A stretch of DNA of 64,000 bases from Lama guanicoe (GCA_013239625.1 MU053216.1:622001-686000), one strand, 5' to 3'; shown: positions 12,766-24,460, counted from the first letter of the stretch. Translations and numbers: made by a program. Notes: generated from the sequence alone by a model not told the origin.

Positions 12766-13860
12766 ACAGACTAAGGCTTCTCAAGAGAAAACATAGCTGA
12801 AAGGTGTTTAGGACAATTACGTACCTATGATGCATTAAAGGCTGGAGGAAAGGAAAGCACTGAGGAAGCTACTGTCCAAGACACTAAGGAGGCCAGGTAA
12901 GGTCCTAACAGGAAGTTAAAGGCGGGAGTGCGGAAGAATTCAGACCGCATGTGGGGTTGGGGTGGGGGTGCAGAGGGAGGGGAAAGACGCTTGGATGACT
13001 TCAGAAACGGGTGGCCCACGAAATCCAAGTAGTTCTGAGCACACAACAGACAACCGATGGTACTGCTTCAGGACTAAGAGAAAGCGAAGGGGCACTTAAT
13101 AAGTTAGCAGATGAAAATTTACGTTTCTCGTAACATCTTTAACCCAAATAACTTCCCCTGCTGCTGACCTGTGTCATGACATACCCGAGAGCAGTCGGCA
13201 ACAGCGCACAGGGTCCTGCATACCTGCGCACCACCCAGGAAGGGGTCACTACCTCTGGAGAAAGTAATTTTAAGGAGCTGGGAGCACTGAAACATACGCT
13301 GCGTCTCATTTCGAGGGGCGGGGGGCAGCACAAAGCAGGCAACGTGGTTAGTGCCGGCAAGGCAATAACGCAAAGCGCTGGGCCCTCCGCACAGCTTGAG
13401 GGCACCGTGGCGCGCGCTGACGGGGAAGCCCGGTGACGAGAGCTGGTTTTGCCTCGTGCCCCCAGAGGGAGTACGCGCCTGACCCCGTGGTGCCCTCACT
13501 CCTGGGGCCCCGTGCGGGCGCGGAGCCCCCCATCCCCCGGTAAACGCGGAACGACGGGCTCGCGTCCGCGGTCAGCGGGCGCGCTACTCCCTCCGCACTC
13601 CCGTAACGCCTGCCCACCGGAGCGCCCCGGCACCGCACGCCGTCCTCTCGGGCCAGCTTCCCTCCCCGAGGCGGGGCGAGCCAGGGTGGGCGGCGGGCGG
13701 AGGGGCTGCTCCCGACCCGCCGGGCTGCAGGGCACAGCCGAGCCCGGGCGCCCTCCATCCGCCGCAAGGTCACCGCGCGGCCCCGCCCGAGGAGCCGGCC
13801 GCTCAGGCCTGCGTGCCCTCTGCCCCAGAGCCTGCGGCTGAGGGCGGCCTGCGCCGCGGA

Positions 13861-13905
13861 GGCCGGGCGGCGGGCAGAGGCCGGGCGGCGGGCAGAGGGC
13901 CGGGC
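13861..13905. repeat. 18-bp GC-rich tandem repeat at the start of TIMM17A intron 1
   Basis: ggccgggcggcgggcaga x2 plus a partial copy. Confidence 0.85.
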
Positions 13906-13913
13906 AGGCTCAC

Positions 13914-13939
13914 CAGGGCTCGCGCGCGTACTCCTCCAT
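13914..13939 (-). CDS. TIMM17A: TIMM17A coding exon 1 (MEEYAREPC), mitochondrial TIM23 complex subunit Tim17-A
   Basis: Reverse complement reads ATG GAG GAG TAC GCG CGC GAG CCC TG|gtgag; 26 nt; lies in a CpG island; matches the Tim17 N-terminus. Confidence 0.97.
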
Positions 13940-14684
13940 CTTGACTCCGCGGCGCCAGCGATGCCGGGCGGGCGGGGCGGGGCCTGGCCTGGCGGCGGAA
14001 GTGATCCCGGGAGGAGGGCGTTACACTGAGGGGATTGGATGGTGGCTGCAGGCGGAGGGCGGGGCTCCGCCGGGTCCTGGGTCCTCCGCGTGCGCGCGGC
14101 GGGGCCGAGCGGGAAGCCCAGGTGCGGCGAGGTTCACCTGACCGGACATGCCGAGCCCACACAAACGCGGAGTCACTCGGCTGGGGTTCCCCGAAGCTCT
14201 CGAACTCGTTTCTTTGTTGAGTACTTGGCTGTCGAGTGTGAATTAACGCTGCCTACTTCGCCCTGGGCGGAGCTCCTTTAGGACGGCCGGTGCCTTAGTC
14301 CTTAGTCTCGGCCCGCAGTGCCGTGGGTGTGCCGCCCGTGCTTGTGAACTTCTGGGGTGCCGTGACCCCTGGGGGCCCTCGACGTGGGGGACAGCGACGA
14401 CGGAGCCTCTCCAGGCCTCACTCCACCCCAGGACCCGAGGCTGTCCAGCTCAAGAGAACAGGAGACCCCCGGCCCCTTCGGTTTACCGTCAGCAAAACCT
14501 CGTCGTGTGAGAGCTGCTGCAGGAGCTCTTCTCCACCCTGCGCTGCTGACACTGACTTTAAAATGCAAACGTATGTATTTCTTCGCACACATCATCGTAT
14601 TTAATATATGTAGTAACGCCATAACCCTGTGCAGTATTTTTTTTTCTCTAGGTGGGTACTTTTAAGACCCTCAGTTTCCATCTC

Positions 14685-14790
14685 CTAAGGTTCAGAGAGG
14701 TTAAATGCCTTGCTTGAGGTCACACATCTCAGATTTGAGCCCATGTCATTCGACTCCAGAGGCCATGGCCTTATCTGCCACACTATACTG
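14685..14790 (+). mobile_element. MIR SINE fragment
   Basis: aggttcagagaggttaaatgccttgcttgaggtcacac...atttgagccc. Confidence 0.65.
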
Positions 14791-15909
14791 CCACCCTGTA
14801 TTCCTGAAAATGTGACTTTCCTGGGGTCATTCAGCCCAGATGAGAGCCACCCTGAGCACAAGTTAAACTGGTGCTGCTTCCCTGTGCTTACAGCACACAG
14901 TTTGGCCAGAGCTTGGGTCTCTTTTCCTTCCTTCCTTCCTTCCTCTCCCCATCCATCTCGCACAAGAGTGCTGGTTTTTCTCTGAGGACCAGGCCATCCC
15001 ATAATCCCCTGATACTCAGGATTAACTTGTCTCCGGGGGAAGTGGATTCCAAGCTTGGGTAACCATTGCCGCCCACAGAGTGTGTGGGGCGGTGGTCCGC
15101 CGTTGCAGGGGCTGGAGGAGGCTGTACTCCTGGCTGCGGGTTCCGTAATCCTCCCGCCTGCTGGCCGTGATGCCTTTGGCTTTCAGTCTGCGAGGAGTCA
15201 CACAGAGCCCGGGGCTGCAGGGAGCAAAAGGCGTCAGACTGACGCATCGGAAGAGCCAGCTGTTCGGAACTGTGGGACCGCTTTGCCTTATGGCAGAGAA
15301 GATGCAGGGTTTGTGGTTAGAAACCTTTGGTTAGGAGGCTGTGAGTCCTGTCCTTTAAGTGTGGAAGCTGTGACTTTGTTTTTCGAGTGTGTTCCTAGAA
15401 CCCGAAAGAAGAGACGGCTGCCGAAACCAGGTGGCCTGGGGACTGAATGGCCCCTTCTCGGGGAGAAAGTCCTGGGAGGCTGAAAGAGCTGCTTTCACTG
15501 ACAGGCGACCGATGAGAAGTTGGCTGAGTTGGCTCTGGCGCCGGGCACCCCAGACGGTGATGCCTCTTCTCGGCCAGAGTGCGGGCGGAGGTGCTGTGGG
15601 TGCGGGTGGGGCCCCTTGGCCCCACGCCTCTTCTGGAGCCCGCCTCAGGCCAGCTCAAGGCTCAGCCTGCCCGCCAGGCCACCCACTCCTTCTCCCGAGA
15701 GGTTAGTGTGTCTTCGTTGGGCTCTTGGCAGTCGCTTCTTCCTCTCTTGTTCCGCTTTGCCTTGAAGCACAATTTTTTTACCTCATTAGATTACGCATTT
15801 AAAAGAGAATAACCACTTTGTAAGTCGTTTGTAGCTCTCTCCCTATAGTACCTGGCAGGGCGCCAAATATGCACAGCAGCGTCTGAATAAACGCCTTAAG
15901 GAGTGAATG

Positions 15910-16122
15910 GTGCGCGCGCAAACACGTGAGTGGGTGCGCGTGCGCCTGTGCGTGTCTGTGCGCATATGCCTGTGCGTGCGTGCGTGCATGCTTGCGCCTG
16001 TGCGTGTCTGTGCGCGTATGCCTGTGCGTGCGCGCGTGCGCCTGTGCGTGTCTGCGCGTATGCCTGTGCGTGCGCCTGTGCGTGCGTGCTCCCGTGCGTG
16101 CGGGCGCCGGAGCGAGCGCGCG
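15910..16122. repeat. Alternating purine-pyrimidine (TG/CG) complex repeat
   Basis: Repeated gcctgtgcgtg / tgcgcgtg units. Confidence 0.9.
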
Positions 16123-16534
16123 GGTTGAAGGTGGTTTCTGCGGAAGGACAAGGAAAAAGACGAGAGGAGGCGGGCTTGGAGAAAACCACCCGGGACAAGA
16201 GTAAGTGTGAGCTGTTGCAGTGCCGCTGCCGAGAGTGCGTGTGCACGTTCAGTCTTAACACTGCCTCCCCTCGAGGCGGGGCAGCACTGTCCTTGTTCCA
16301 CAGATGGTGATGGCGAGTCCCGGAGGAGGAAGCAGCCGGAACCCGTGTCGGGTAAGCGGCCGTCCCGGGGCCCAACCAAGCCCGCTGGCCCGGAGAGCCC
16401 GAGCTTTAACCGTGACACCCGCGCGCCTGTTGTGTTTCCCTGGAGCCCCTGGACTTCCGTTTTGAGGCGTTTTGTGAACTCTCTGGTTTCTAATGGATTG
16501 TTTGAAGTTGTGTGTTTATTAACTGTCTTCACTG

Positions 16535-16655
16535 GTAAGACTGTAAGCTTCAGGAAAGCAGGGACCACACTGATTTTCTGTTTAGTTACATCCCTCACTC
16601 TTGGACCAGCGCCTGACACGTGGTCAGCACTCATAAGTGTATGCTCACTGACTCA
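16535..16655 (+). mobile_element. L2 3'-end fragment
   Basis: gactgtaagcttcagga..gcaggga...gcgcctgacacgtggtcagcactcataagtgt. Confidence 0.55.
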
Positions 16656-17267
16656 TCCACAGCCTCTGAAAAACAACCCCCGGGGGGGGGCAGCCCTTCT
16701 CTCACCCTTCCTTTAGGCCTTCCCTCCTGCCCTCTGCACTCCAGTCCCACCTGCCTTAAATGAGAGGGGACTACTGGGCGCTAGACGCCGGGCCAGGTTT
16801 TCCTCCCAGCAAGGGCTGATGGGGTGACTGTGTCCGTCTCAGGATGGACTGGCGCCAGGAAGGATGGAAGCCACTGCGTAATGGGTTACGCGAGGGCTTT
16901 TGGAGGGACTTTGTGGCAGGAGATCGAATGTCCTTGCGCCTTGTGCAGGGCGGCGTGATGGATGAGCAGTGAAAGTCCTCTTACAGAACATGCCAGACCT
17001 GCTGCAATAGGATCCCTCGAACAGCCTGGAGTTATGTTTCCCTGAAGAGGCACCAAGTCATGCTCCAGGCTTACACGCAGTGGGGACCCGCAGGAGGTCT
17101 GTCTCCAGATGCCCCAGCAGAGGAAGGAGCCAAGGAGAGGAAAGAGGTTTGAGCTCTCCTCCCAGGAGCTCAGGGAGGTCGACACCCTGTCAGAGTTTTC
17201 CTGCGTCCGCACATAGCACCTCCTAATGGGAACAGCCCACCAGCTTTCTGTCTGGGGACTCGGGATC

Positions 17268-17389
17268 TTTCTCTCCCCCTCCCCCCTCCCNNNNNNNNNN
17301 NNNNNNNNNNNNNNNNNNNNNNNNNNNNNNNNNNNNNNNNNNNNNNNNNNNNNNNNNNNNNNNNNNNNNNNNNNNNNNNNCTCTCTCCC

Positions 17390-17429
<40 letters not shown>
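17268..17429. repeat. Polypyrimidine/(CT)n tract spanning an assembly gap (N 17291-17380)
   Basis: C/T-only flanks on both sides of 90 Ns. Confidence 0.9.
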
Positions 17430-17432
<3 letters not shown>

Positions 17433-17757
17433 GGCCAAGGCAGCCTGGGGCCTCTGATGCTGGGTCCTCAGGTTCCTAGGCAGAAGAGACTGGGTGGGCG
17501 GGGTAGCTCGGAGCTGCTGGAGTCGAGTCTCGGTTCTGGGGCTGTAAACGCCTGGGAGTCCCCAGCACATTACCAAATACAGTAGAAAGGAGTCAGCGGA
17601 CCAGCGCTGACCACGGCCACGTCCCCCCGGGTGGGGCCGTCACGTGGGCACTTGAGCCCCACGTCCTGTCTGCCTTCCTGCCCTCCCCCACTGCTCTCAT
17701 CTGCTCCTGCCAGCCTCTGCATTTTTGTATCTTTTTCTCATTGCGTGGCCCCCTTGT

Positions 17758-17791
17758 CTTTAAAAGGCTAAATGCTCTGTACTAAATTTGG
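17758..17791. promoter_or_regulatory. Pair of CArG-like (SRF) elements in the LMOD1 proximal promoter
   Basis: CTTTAAAAGG (17758-17767) and CTAAATTTGG (17782-17791), each one mismatch from CC(A/T)6GG, about 370 nt upstream of the ATG; LMOD1 is a known SRF/myocardin target. Confidence 0.6.
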
Positions 17792-18144
17792 TCACACAGC
17801 GCTCCAAGATTCCCTGGAATGTCCTCAAGTTTCAAACAACTCTGACGGCAAGGCAGGCCCGCCCCTGCCCAGGGATTGGCTTCTCTCGTTGGGGCTGGGC
17901 TGTCGTGGGGCCTTATTGGCCGCTAGTTGGACCAGCCCAGGTCCACTAGCCCTAGGCTCGGGGAGGCGGCTGCTCCCAGTCCACACATCGGCACCTGTGG
18001 CAGGCAGGGCAGGGGAGCCTCCGTCCTCCACCAGCTGGGGGTCTGCTCCCAAGCCCACTCCGCCCATCCAGGTCGGCTCGGCCCCCCTCTCCACCCACCA
18101 GAACCCCCAGAGCCCCTGCAAGAGTGGCATCCCATTTTGTCAAG

Positions 18145-18405
18145 ATGTCTAAGGTGGCCAAGTATCGCCGGCAGGTGAGCGAGGACCCTGACATCGACAG
18201 CCTGCTGTCCACCCTGTCTCCCGAGGAGATGGAGGAGCTGGAGAAGGAGCTGGACGTGGTGGACCCAGACGGGAGCGTTCCCGTGGGGCTGCGGCAGAGA
18301 AACCAGACAGAGAAGCTGTCCACGGGCGTGTACAACCGGGAAGCCATGCTCAGCTTCTGTGAGAAGGAGACCAAGAAGCTCATCCAGAGGGAGACGTCCA
18401 CAGAT
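18145..18405 (+). CDS. LMOD1: LMOD1 (leiomodin-1) coding exon 1, 87 aa, tropomyosin-binding N-terminus
   Basis: caagATGtct; MSKVAKYRRQVSEDPDIDSLLSTLSPEEMEELEKELDVVDPDGSVPVGLRQRNQT...; ends GAT|gtgagt; 261 nt, phase 0. Confidence 0.97.
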
Positions 18406-20970
18406 GTGAGTGAGGGAGGGGGCAGGGGACCGATGCCCAGACAAGGATTCTCTTTCCTTAGAAGAAAAGTTGTTGTTGGCAGAGGAGTTAATGTTTCTGG
18501 AATGATTGTCATCCCCTGAACGGCAGAACAGTTCTCACGGGCTGTTTCATGAAGCAGAGGTTGGCTGTGTTGGAGGACCAGCAGCCACGGCATCTGCAGG
18601 GTTACCAATAGTGTGGGAGCCGGAGGGCGCCCTCGGAGTAGTCGTGGTCAAGTTGACTCGTCCCCTCCCGTCAACACCTGGCTTTTCCCTTCCCATCCAC
18701 CATCCTACTGTGAGGGGGGCAGAACTGTAGAACAGGGCTCGCAGTCTCTTGCCAGCCTCCTCCTTGGGGAGAACAAGTGCCCCCCCACCGAGCCCTCTGA
18801 CCTCTGGGCATCTCCTGGCGTGCGGACCGTGCGAGGTGGCTGGTCACATGCGCTTCCCAGGGCAGTGAGCCAGGGCCAGGGTCTGTGAGGTGGGAGCTGT
18901 GCCTTCACCCGCAGCTTCCGTCTCATCCCCAGAAGAGGTGGGGTCTGTGCTTTCTGGAGGAGTTCTTGAGGGAGCAGCCCTCCCCTTGGTGGTAGGACTG
19001 TTACAGGCGTGCGAGGCCCCTTCGCCGTATTTCGCCGTGGGTGTTTTGCCGCCAGGAGGGGCCCAGGGAGGGCCGGAGGGACTGTTCTGGGAACATCTGT
19101 CCTCGCCGAGGGTGGGCTTAAGCAGTCGGCTTTGTGTTGTCCTGGGTTGACGCAGAGTTTCCTCCCCCCGTGTGTTCACATGTGGGCTTCTTGGGACAAG
19201 GTGGACTGGCCTCACTGGAGCTGGACTTTGTAGAACCCCTTGGTCCAGGTCAGGGGTGTCTGGGGGGGAGACCGTGCTGGCCGTGCGCTGGCCCTCCTGC
19301 CCTGCGCTTACTGGCTGCTTCTCTGTGCACCACGCGTCGCTTGTGAGCCCAGGCAAGGGAGGCTCCGTCTCGGCCATCCTTCGTTTGACTCCCGTGACGT
19401 GGCAGCTCTCAGGGGCGATGAGGAAGGCAGCATTAGCAGCACTCCTGTGAAGAGTTCGTCTGGGCCGGGGGTAGTGCGGGTCACCAGCCAGCGCACGCTG
19501 GGGTCATGCGTGGCCCCCCGGAGATGGGGTGTGGGGAGGAGGGGCAGGGTGAGGTGGAGGGGCTTTGCCAGAAGCTAGAGAGTGGGGGTGTCTGTCACGT
19601 GCAGCAGCATCGGAGCCCTGTGCTGGTCACCAGGGACTCGCAGAGAGCTGGGGACCCTGCACTCCGGGGAGAGCTGGGAGAGGGGGCCGGGGTCAGGCGC
19701 CCACCAGCCCTTGGGTGAGGCGCGCTGAGGGGAGACGAGCCAGTGCGGGGCTTGCCGGGAGTCCCCGGCTCTGAGCCCTCGACGGCCTGTGTCCGGCAGC
19801 CTCTGGGCTCGGGAAGGTGCTCTAGAGGCTGAGGACAAACGTGAGACCCTCCTAGTCCCAGGCATGCTACGTAGGCCCAGACTGCGGTGCACCTGGATTC
19901 CTGCAAACAGACCGTTCCTCAGCCTGTGCACACTGGTCTCCATGGCGGAGCCGGGTCGGGGACACAGGGACGCCCTGCTGGGGAGGCCCCCGGAGGCGGG
20001 GGACCCCTGGGGAAGGGCTGCGGTCCACCCACACCTGCTTGCCAAGGCAGAGTCCCCTGTGCGGTCTGGGGGTGGGAGCAAGTGGAGAACGTGGCTCCGC
20101 GAGTAGCCATAGCAGAGTCGCCTGGTCTGACACCCAGCGGCTCTCACGGGCTGGTTACTGAGTGGCCCACAGTTAGCTGACCGGCCTGGTCCCCTCGTCC
20201 AGGGACCAGGGTGGGAGCACCCATCTCGTGGGGCTGGGGCGAAAGCACTCTGCACCCACCTGGGCAGGTAACAAACACACGACCTCCCATCTCAGTTTAC
20301 TGGGTGTAGGAGCCGCAAGGTCAATCAGGGGACAGAGAGCCCCCAGCCCCTCCTGCCCAGTCACCTGGGGGCCTGGAGGTCCCTCTGCACGAAGGGTACT
20401 TGATCACGGTATTGTGCACATGCTCTTTAAAGGAGCCTCATCTTTTAGACCTAAATACTGAAATACTTACGGGAAGAACCTGGCAAAATTAGGGCATTGG
20501 CTTTAAAGTAACTGGGCGAGGGAGGGGCCCGCAGGCATTGCTGGCGTGTTGGAGCAGGGTGGGGAGCCCACGGCGCTCTTGGATGAATCTCTCTGCTTCT
20601 CTGTGGGAATCTCCAGTAGCAAACGTTGTCCTCTGTGATAGGCAGACACTGAGAGGGGGAGGCAGGCCTGATCCTGCTCTTCCTGGGGCCGGGACCCCAG
20701 GACTTGGCTCTGGCTGTGCCGCCAGGCGGGTCTAACTGTGGAAGGGCCTTGCTCTGCCTCTCCCCCTCCTCCCTCATGACTCCCCCTCCACCCCACCCCA
20801 AGCTGCTTCCAGGTCAGCCCCTGTTTGTCCTTGGCTCCCAGACACCACTCACCCCAGGGAGCCTTCCAGACCCCAAGCCCGGCAGGGTCAGGCGCCTCAC
20901 TGAGCTGAGCACGCCAGCCCCATCCCGGCCCACTGGTCCTCGTGTCATGTTGTTGTCGAGCCTGCTTTTT

Positions 20971-21112
20971 GTTGTTGTCGTTTGGGGAGGGGATTAATTG
21001 GGTTTATTTATTTACTTATTTAGTTATTTTAATGGAGGCACCGAAGGTTAAGCCCAGGACCTTGTGCATACTAAGCACGCACTCCACCACTGAGCTCTAC
21101 CCCCACCCTCCG
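20971..21112 (-). mobile_element. tRNA-derived SINE (Vic-1-like) with 13-bp target-site duplication
   Basis: Reverse complement of the same family as 7979; TSD gagcctgcttttt at 20958-20970 and 21113-21125. Confidence 0.9.
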
Positions 21113-21221
21113 GAGCCTGCTTTTTTGTGCAGCTGGTGTGGTCCTGGAGGACAGATGCTAAGCAGGGGTCAGGGTGGGGCGGGGGAGGCTTGACACAGCA
21201 GACCCCTGGCTTCCTTCCCTC

Positions 21222-21231
21222 CCTTTAAAGG
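21222..21231. promoter_or_regulatory. Perfect CArG box in LMOD1 intron 1
   Basis: CCTTTAAAGG, an exact CC(A/T)6GG match; function not shown. Confidence 0.4.
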
Positions 21232-21677
21232 GCCTGGTGTGTGACACCCCAGCCCTCCCGTCCAGGTGGAAGACGGCCCCGAGCAGGTGTGTAGCCAGTG
21301 GTTTAGTGAAACCCTAGTCCTGGCTCAGGTGTCAGGAACTAGATCCCAACAGGTCAACCCGCGTGTTCTCTTTCCTTCCCAAGTGGGAAGGAGACCCCCC
21401 GCCTGCCTTCCCGGCCTCTCCCTGGCGTGGCGGGGCTGGGATTAGCACCTGTGTGCAGCCAGGAGCAGGGCAGCTGAGCTGCGTGGGCAAAGTTCTCTCG
21501 GTCCTCCCTCGGGGTAAACACAGAAGCCCACCAGGACCTCCCCACAAGCCAGCTGCTGGGCCCCAGCTCCCTGAGGTCCCCTCTGCTCGCTGCCCCGTTG
21601 GCAGCCCCTCCCCATCCAGTCCCAGTTCCCAGCCCGTGTCCGCAGTGTTCCTGCGAGGCTGGGATGCCAGGAGGAGG

Positions 21678-21745
21678 CGGGAGCGTAGCCCTCAGACTGC
21701 CCTTTGCCGGGAGCGTAGCCCTCAGTCTGCCCTTTGCCGGGAGCG
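21678..21745. repeat. 30-bp tandem repeat, about 2.3 copies
   Basis: cgggagcgtagccctcag(a/t)ctgccctttgc. Confidence 0.9.
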
Positions 21746-21959
21746 CCCTGCGCAGCACGACTCCTTGCTTAAGGAGACTAACCCCGATGGTGGGGTGCAA
21801 AAGCAGAATGGCCCTGGAGGCCCGGGGGAGAGGGCAGGAGAGGTGCTGGGGGGCTGGTGCCCTGGGGAGGCAGCATCAGGCACCGTCGACAGGCAGAAGG
21901 CTCAGAGCCTCACCCTGGGTCGGTAAGCTGCCTGCATCCAGTTTGGGAGACTTGACTGT

Positions 21960-22185
21960 CTCCTTTTTCTTTCTTCATTGACTTACAGCCACTTTACAAC
22001 GTTGAGTCAGATTCCAGTGTGGAGCACTGTTGTTCAGTCACACGTGAGCATTCGTAGCTCGCCGTCACGTGTGTGTTCGCTGTGAGCTGCACAGGCTTGT
22101 GTGTGCGTGTCCCTGTGCTCCCGGTGTCATCTTGTCTGTCTCCTCGGCGTACGCCTGTCAGTGTCTACAGCTTCTGAAATCGACT
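21960..22185 (-). mobile_element. LINE-1 3'-terminal fragment, heavily GC-shifted
   Basis: tttacaacgttgagtcagattccagtgtggagcac...ctgtgagct...ccctgtgct follows the layout of the artiodactyl/camelid L1 3' end. Confidence 0.55.
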
Positions 22186-24071
22186 TCTTAAACTAGGACG
22201 TGAGATTCACGTGTGTTTGTTTTAATTATTGTTCTTACTCGTTTATTATGGTTTCTTCTGTCTGTGTTGGAATGTTCAGTGTAACCAGTTTTGAGCAAGT
22301 GAAGCATTGGCTCCTGCTCCCGCTCGGCTGACCCCTCCAAGGGGGTAAGAGCCAGGCTGAGTGGGACCTGCGGCGGGGGAGGGCGGATGGCAGGACCACA
22401 GCCGAGGAAGTTCAGCAGGGATGGGGATGGGGCTTCAGAAGCAGGCGCTGGGTGGGTGTCCCGCTGGCTTCTGGCCAGCTGGGGACTCAGGGTCCCCAGG
22501 CTGCACAGGCACCCCAGCTGGGGGTGGAGCCCATGCCCGCCCCCCCGTCTGCCTTCCCTCAGCCTGTCCCTGCACCCGGGAGCCTGGAGAGTGTGTGGCA
22601 GCTGATGTGGCTGCCCACCGGGGTCACGACGTGTGCTGCCACCCGGGTGACTGCCCCAGGACAGGCTCAAAAGCCCGGTGTGGGGGTCCAGGGCACTGTT
22701 CTCCGAGCTCTGAGGTCTGCGGGCTGGGCGCCTGCCCCAGTGACACCAAACAGGGAGCAGGGGCGGGGGAAGTTGATACTCCACACCTGCCCAGTTGGAT
22801 AAACAGGAATAGCCTTTCCAGGGGGGCCTGTGCTGTTTACCGGGCCTCTCGGGGCAAAGCGGACAGAGGAACAGGGTTCCAGATTCAGAGCGTCTGCTCC
22901 CCTCCGTCTCGGGCTCAGCTGGAGGTCGGGGTGGAGCACGCAGCGTTTGGAGCCCGAGGGGTCCAGGTGCCATCCTGCGTGGCCCCTCGCAGGCCGGAGA
23001 ACTCGGCAGGTCCCCTCAGAAGGAAGAACGTTTACTTGCTGAGGACCTTCCAGACAGAAGGCCTCGTGAACGTGGCTTCCGGCTGCTTTACGGGTCAGGC
23101 GACCTTGGAGGGTTACTGAGGGCGGCAGAGACCTTCGCCTCCTCTCCGGAGTTCCACCTCCTGCCTGTGTATGTGCCAAATCAGCTTTTTCTCCCAGTCT
23201 CTCATGGGGTTAAGAAGAATGCCGTGGGTGGGCCTGGGGGCTGACCCGCAGGGCGGGTGTGCAGCTGCCCCCTCAACCGGGGCCTGGTTTCTGTGCCCAG
23301 TTATCTCACACCTGGCTCCAGGGCGGAGCGGAGTGCAGAAGAGGCTGGGGGAGGTGTCAGGACGCCGTTTACAAACAGCCAGGAATCAAGGGCCTCCTGA
23401 CCCCACGCCCTCCTCTCGCCTCCCCTCGCCCACCTCCCTCAGCGGGGTCCCTGGCCTCCTCAGCCTTTCCTTCCTCCTCGAGACCCAGGCTCCTCAGGAC
23501 CCCATCCCCGAGACCTGCCTGTGGAAGGGGAGCACCTTGGAGGCAGGATAAACTGAGTCTAGAGCTTAGGACGGGCAGCCGTCCTAAGGAGAGGCACCCA
23601 AGCCTGGGTTCAGTTGATGCCCTGCAGGTTGCCGGCTATGGGGCTGGGACATGACCCTTTGCCTCTCTGAGCCTGAGATAGCCGTCCACAAATGGAAATA
23701 ACACGGGTCATGGGACAGTGTGAGGCTTAGGCAAAACCATGCCTGGGAGGCACCTGGCAGGCAGGGTGGGTTGGAGACGTGGAGGTGAGGCTGTGAACTT
23801 TGCCCTCCCTTCACTCCTGCCCCCACGGCCCCACTCTTCACAGGCAGGACTCATGAAGCATGGCTTTTGTTTGTAAGGAGGGAGGCAGATCCCAGAAAAT
23901 CATTAATTCTCCAATATTAGTGAGCTCCCTGTAGGTTCTTAATAAACGCCAGGTCAACGCCAGGCCATTAGCCCCAGGGAGCTCACACTAATAGGTGGGA
24001 CACACACACACGCACCCCCCGTGTGTGACGTATCGACATGTAACGTCCTGTTACAAAGAAGTGGTGAGGAT

Positions 24072-24460
24072 TGGGTTCAGGTGATGGGGGTGGGTTCAGG
24101 TGATGCAGGGTGGGTTCAGGTGATGTGGGGCTGGGTTCAGGTGGTGGGAGGTGAGTTCAGGTGATGGGGTGGGTTCAGGTGATGCAGGGAGGGATCAGGT
24201 GATGGGGGGGGGGTCNNNNNNNNNNNNNNNNNNNNNNNNNNNNNNNNNNNNNNNNNNNNNNNNNNNNNNNNNNNNNNNNNNNNNNNNNNNNNNNNNNNNN
24301 NNNNNNNNNNNNNNNNNNNNNNNNNNNNNNNNNNNNNNNNNGCGGGGCGGGTTCAGGTGATGCGGGGCGGGTTCAGGTGATGCGGGGTGGGTTCAGGTGA
24401 TGGGGTGGGTTCAGGTGATGGGGGTGGGTTAGGTGATGCAGGGTGGGTTCAGGTGGTGCA
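24072..24460. repeat. G-rich minisatellite (18-21 bp unit, GGGTTCAGGTGATG core) spanning an assembly gap (N 24216-24341)
   Basis: More than 10 visible copies across both sides of the gap. Confidence 0.92.

Larger units (their letters stand above)
13280..14420. promoter_or_regulatory. TIMM17A CpG-island promoter with ETS/GABP-like site and GC boxes
   Basis: Dense CpG around exon 1; GCGGAAGTG at 13995-14003; GGGGCGGGG at about 13974-13982. Confidence 0.85.

Noticed and set aside
15843..16634. Repetitive ORFs (HAR/VRV/CAC-rich)
   Set aside because: Translations of the TG/CG repeat
17911..17919. CCTTATTGG as a CArG box
   Set aside because: Only five A/T bases between CC and GG; better read as an inverted CCAAT box
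24072..24460. Regularly spaced repeats resembling a CRISPR array or interstitial telomere
   Set aside because: No unique spacers, mammalian context, and the unit is not TTAGGG; it is an ordinary minisatellite
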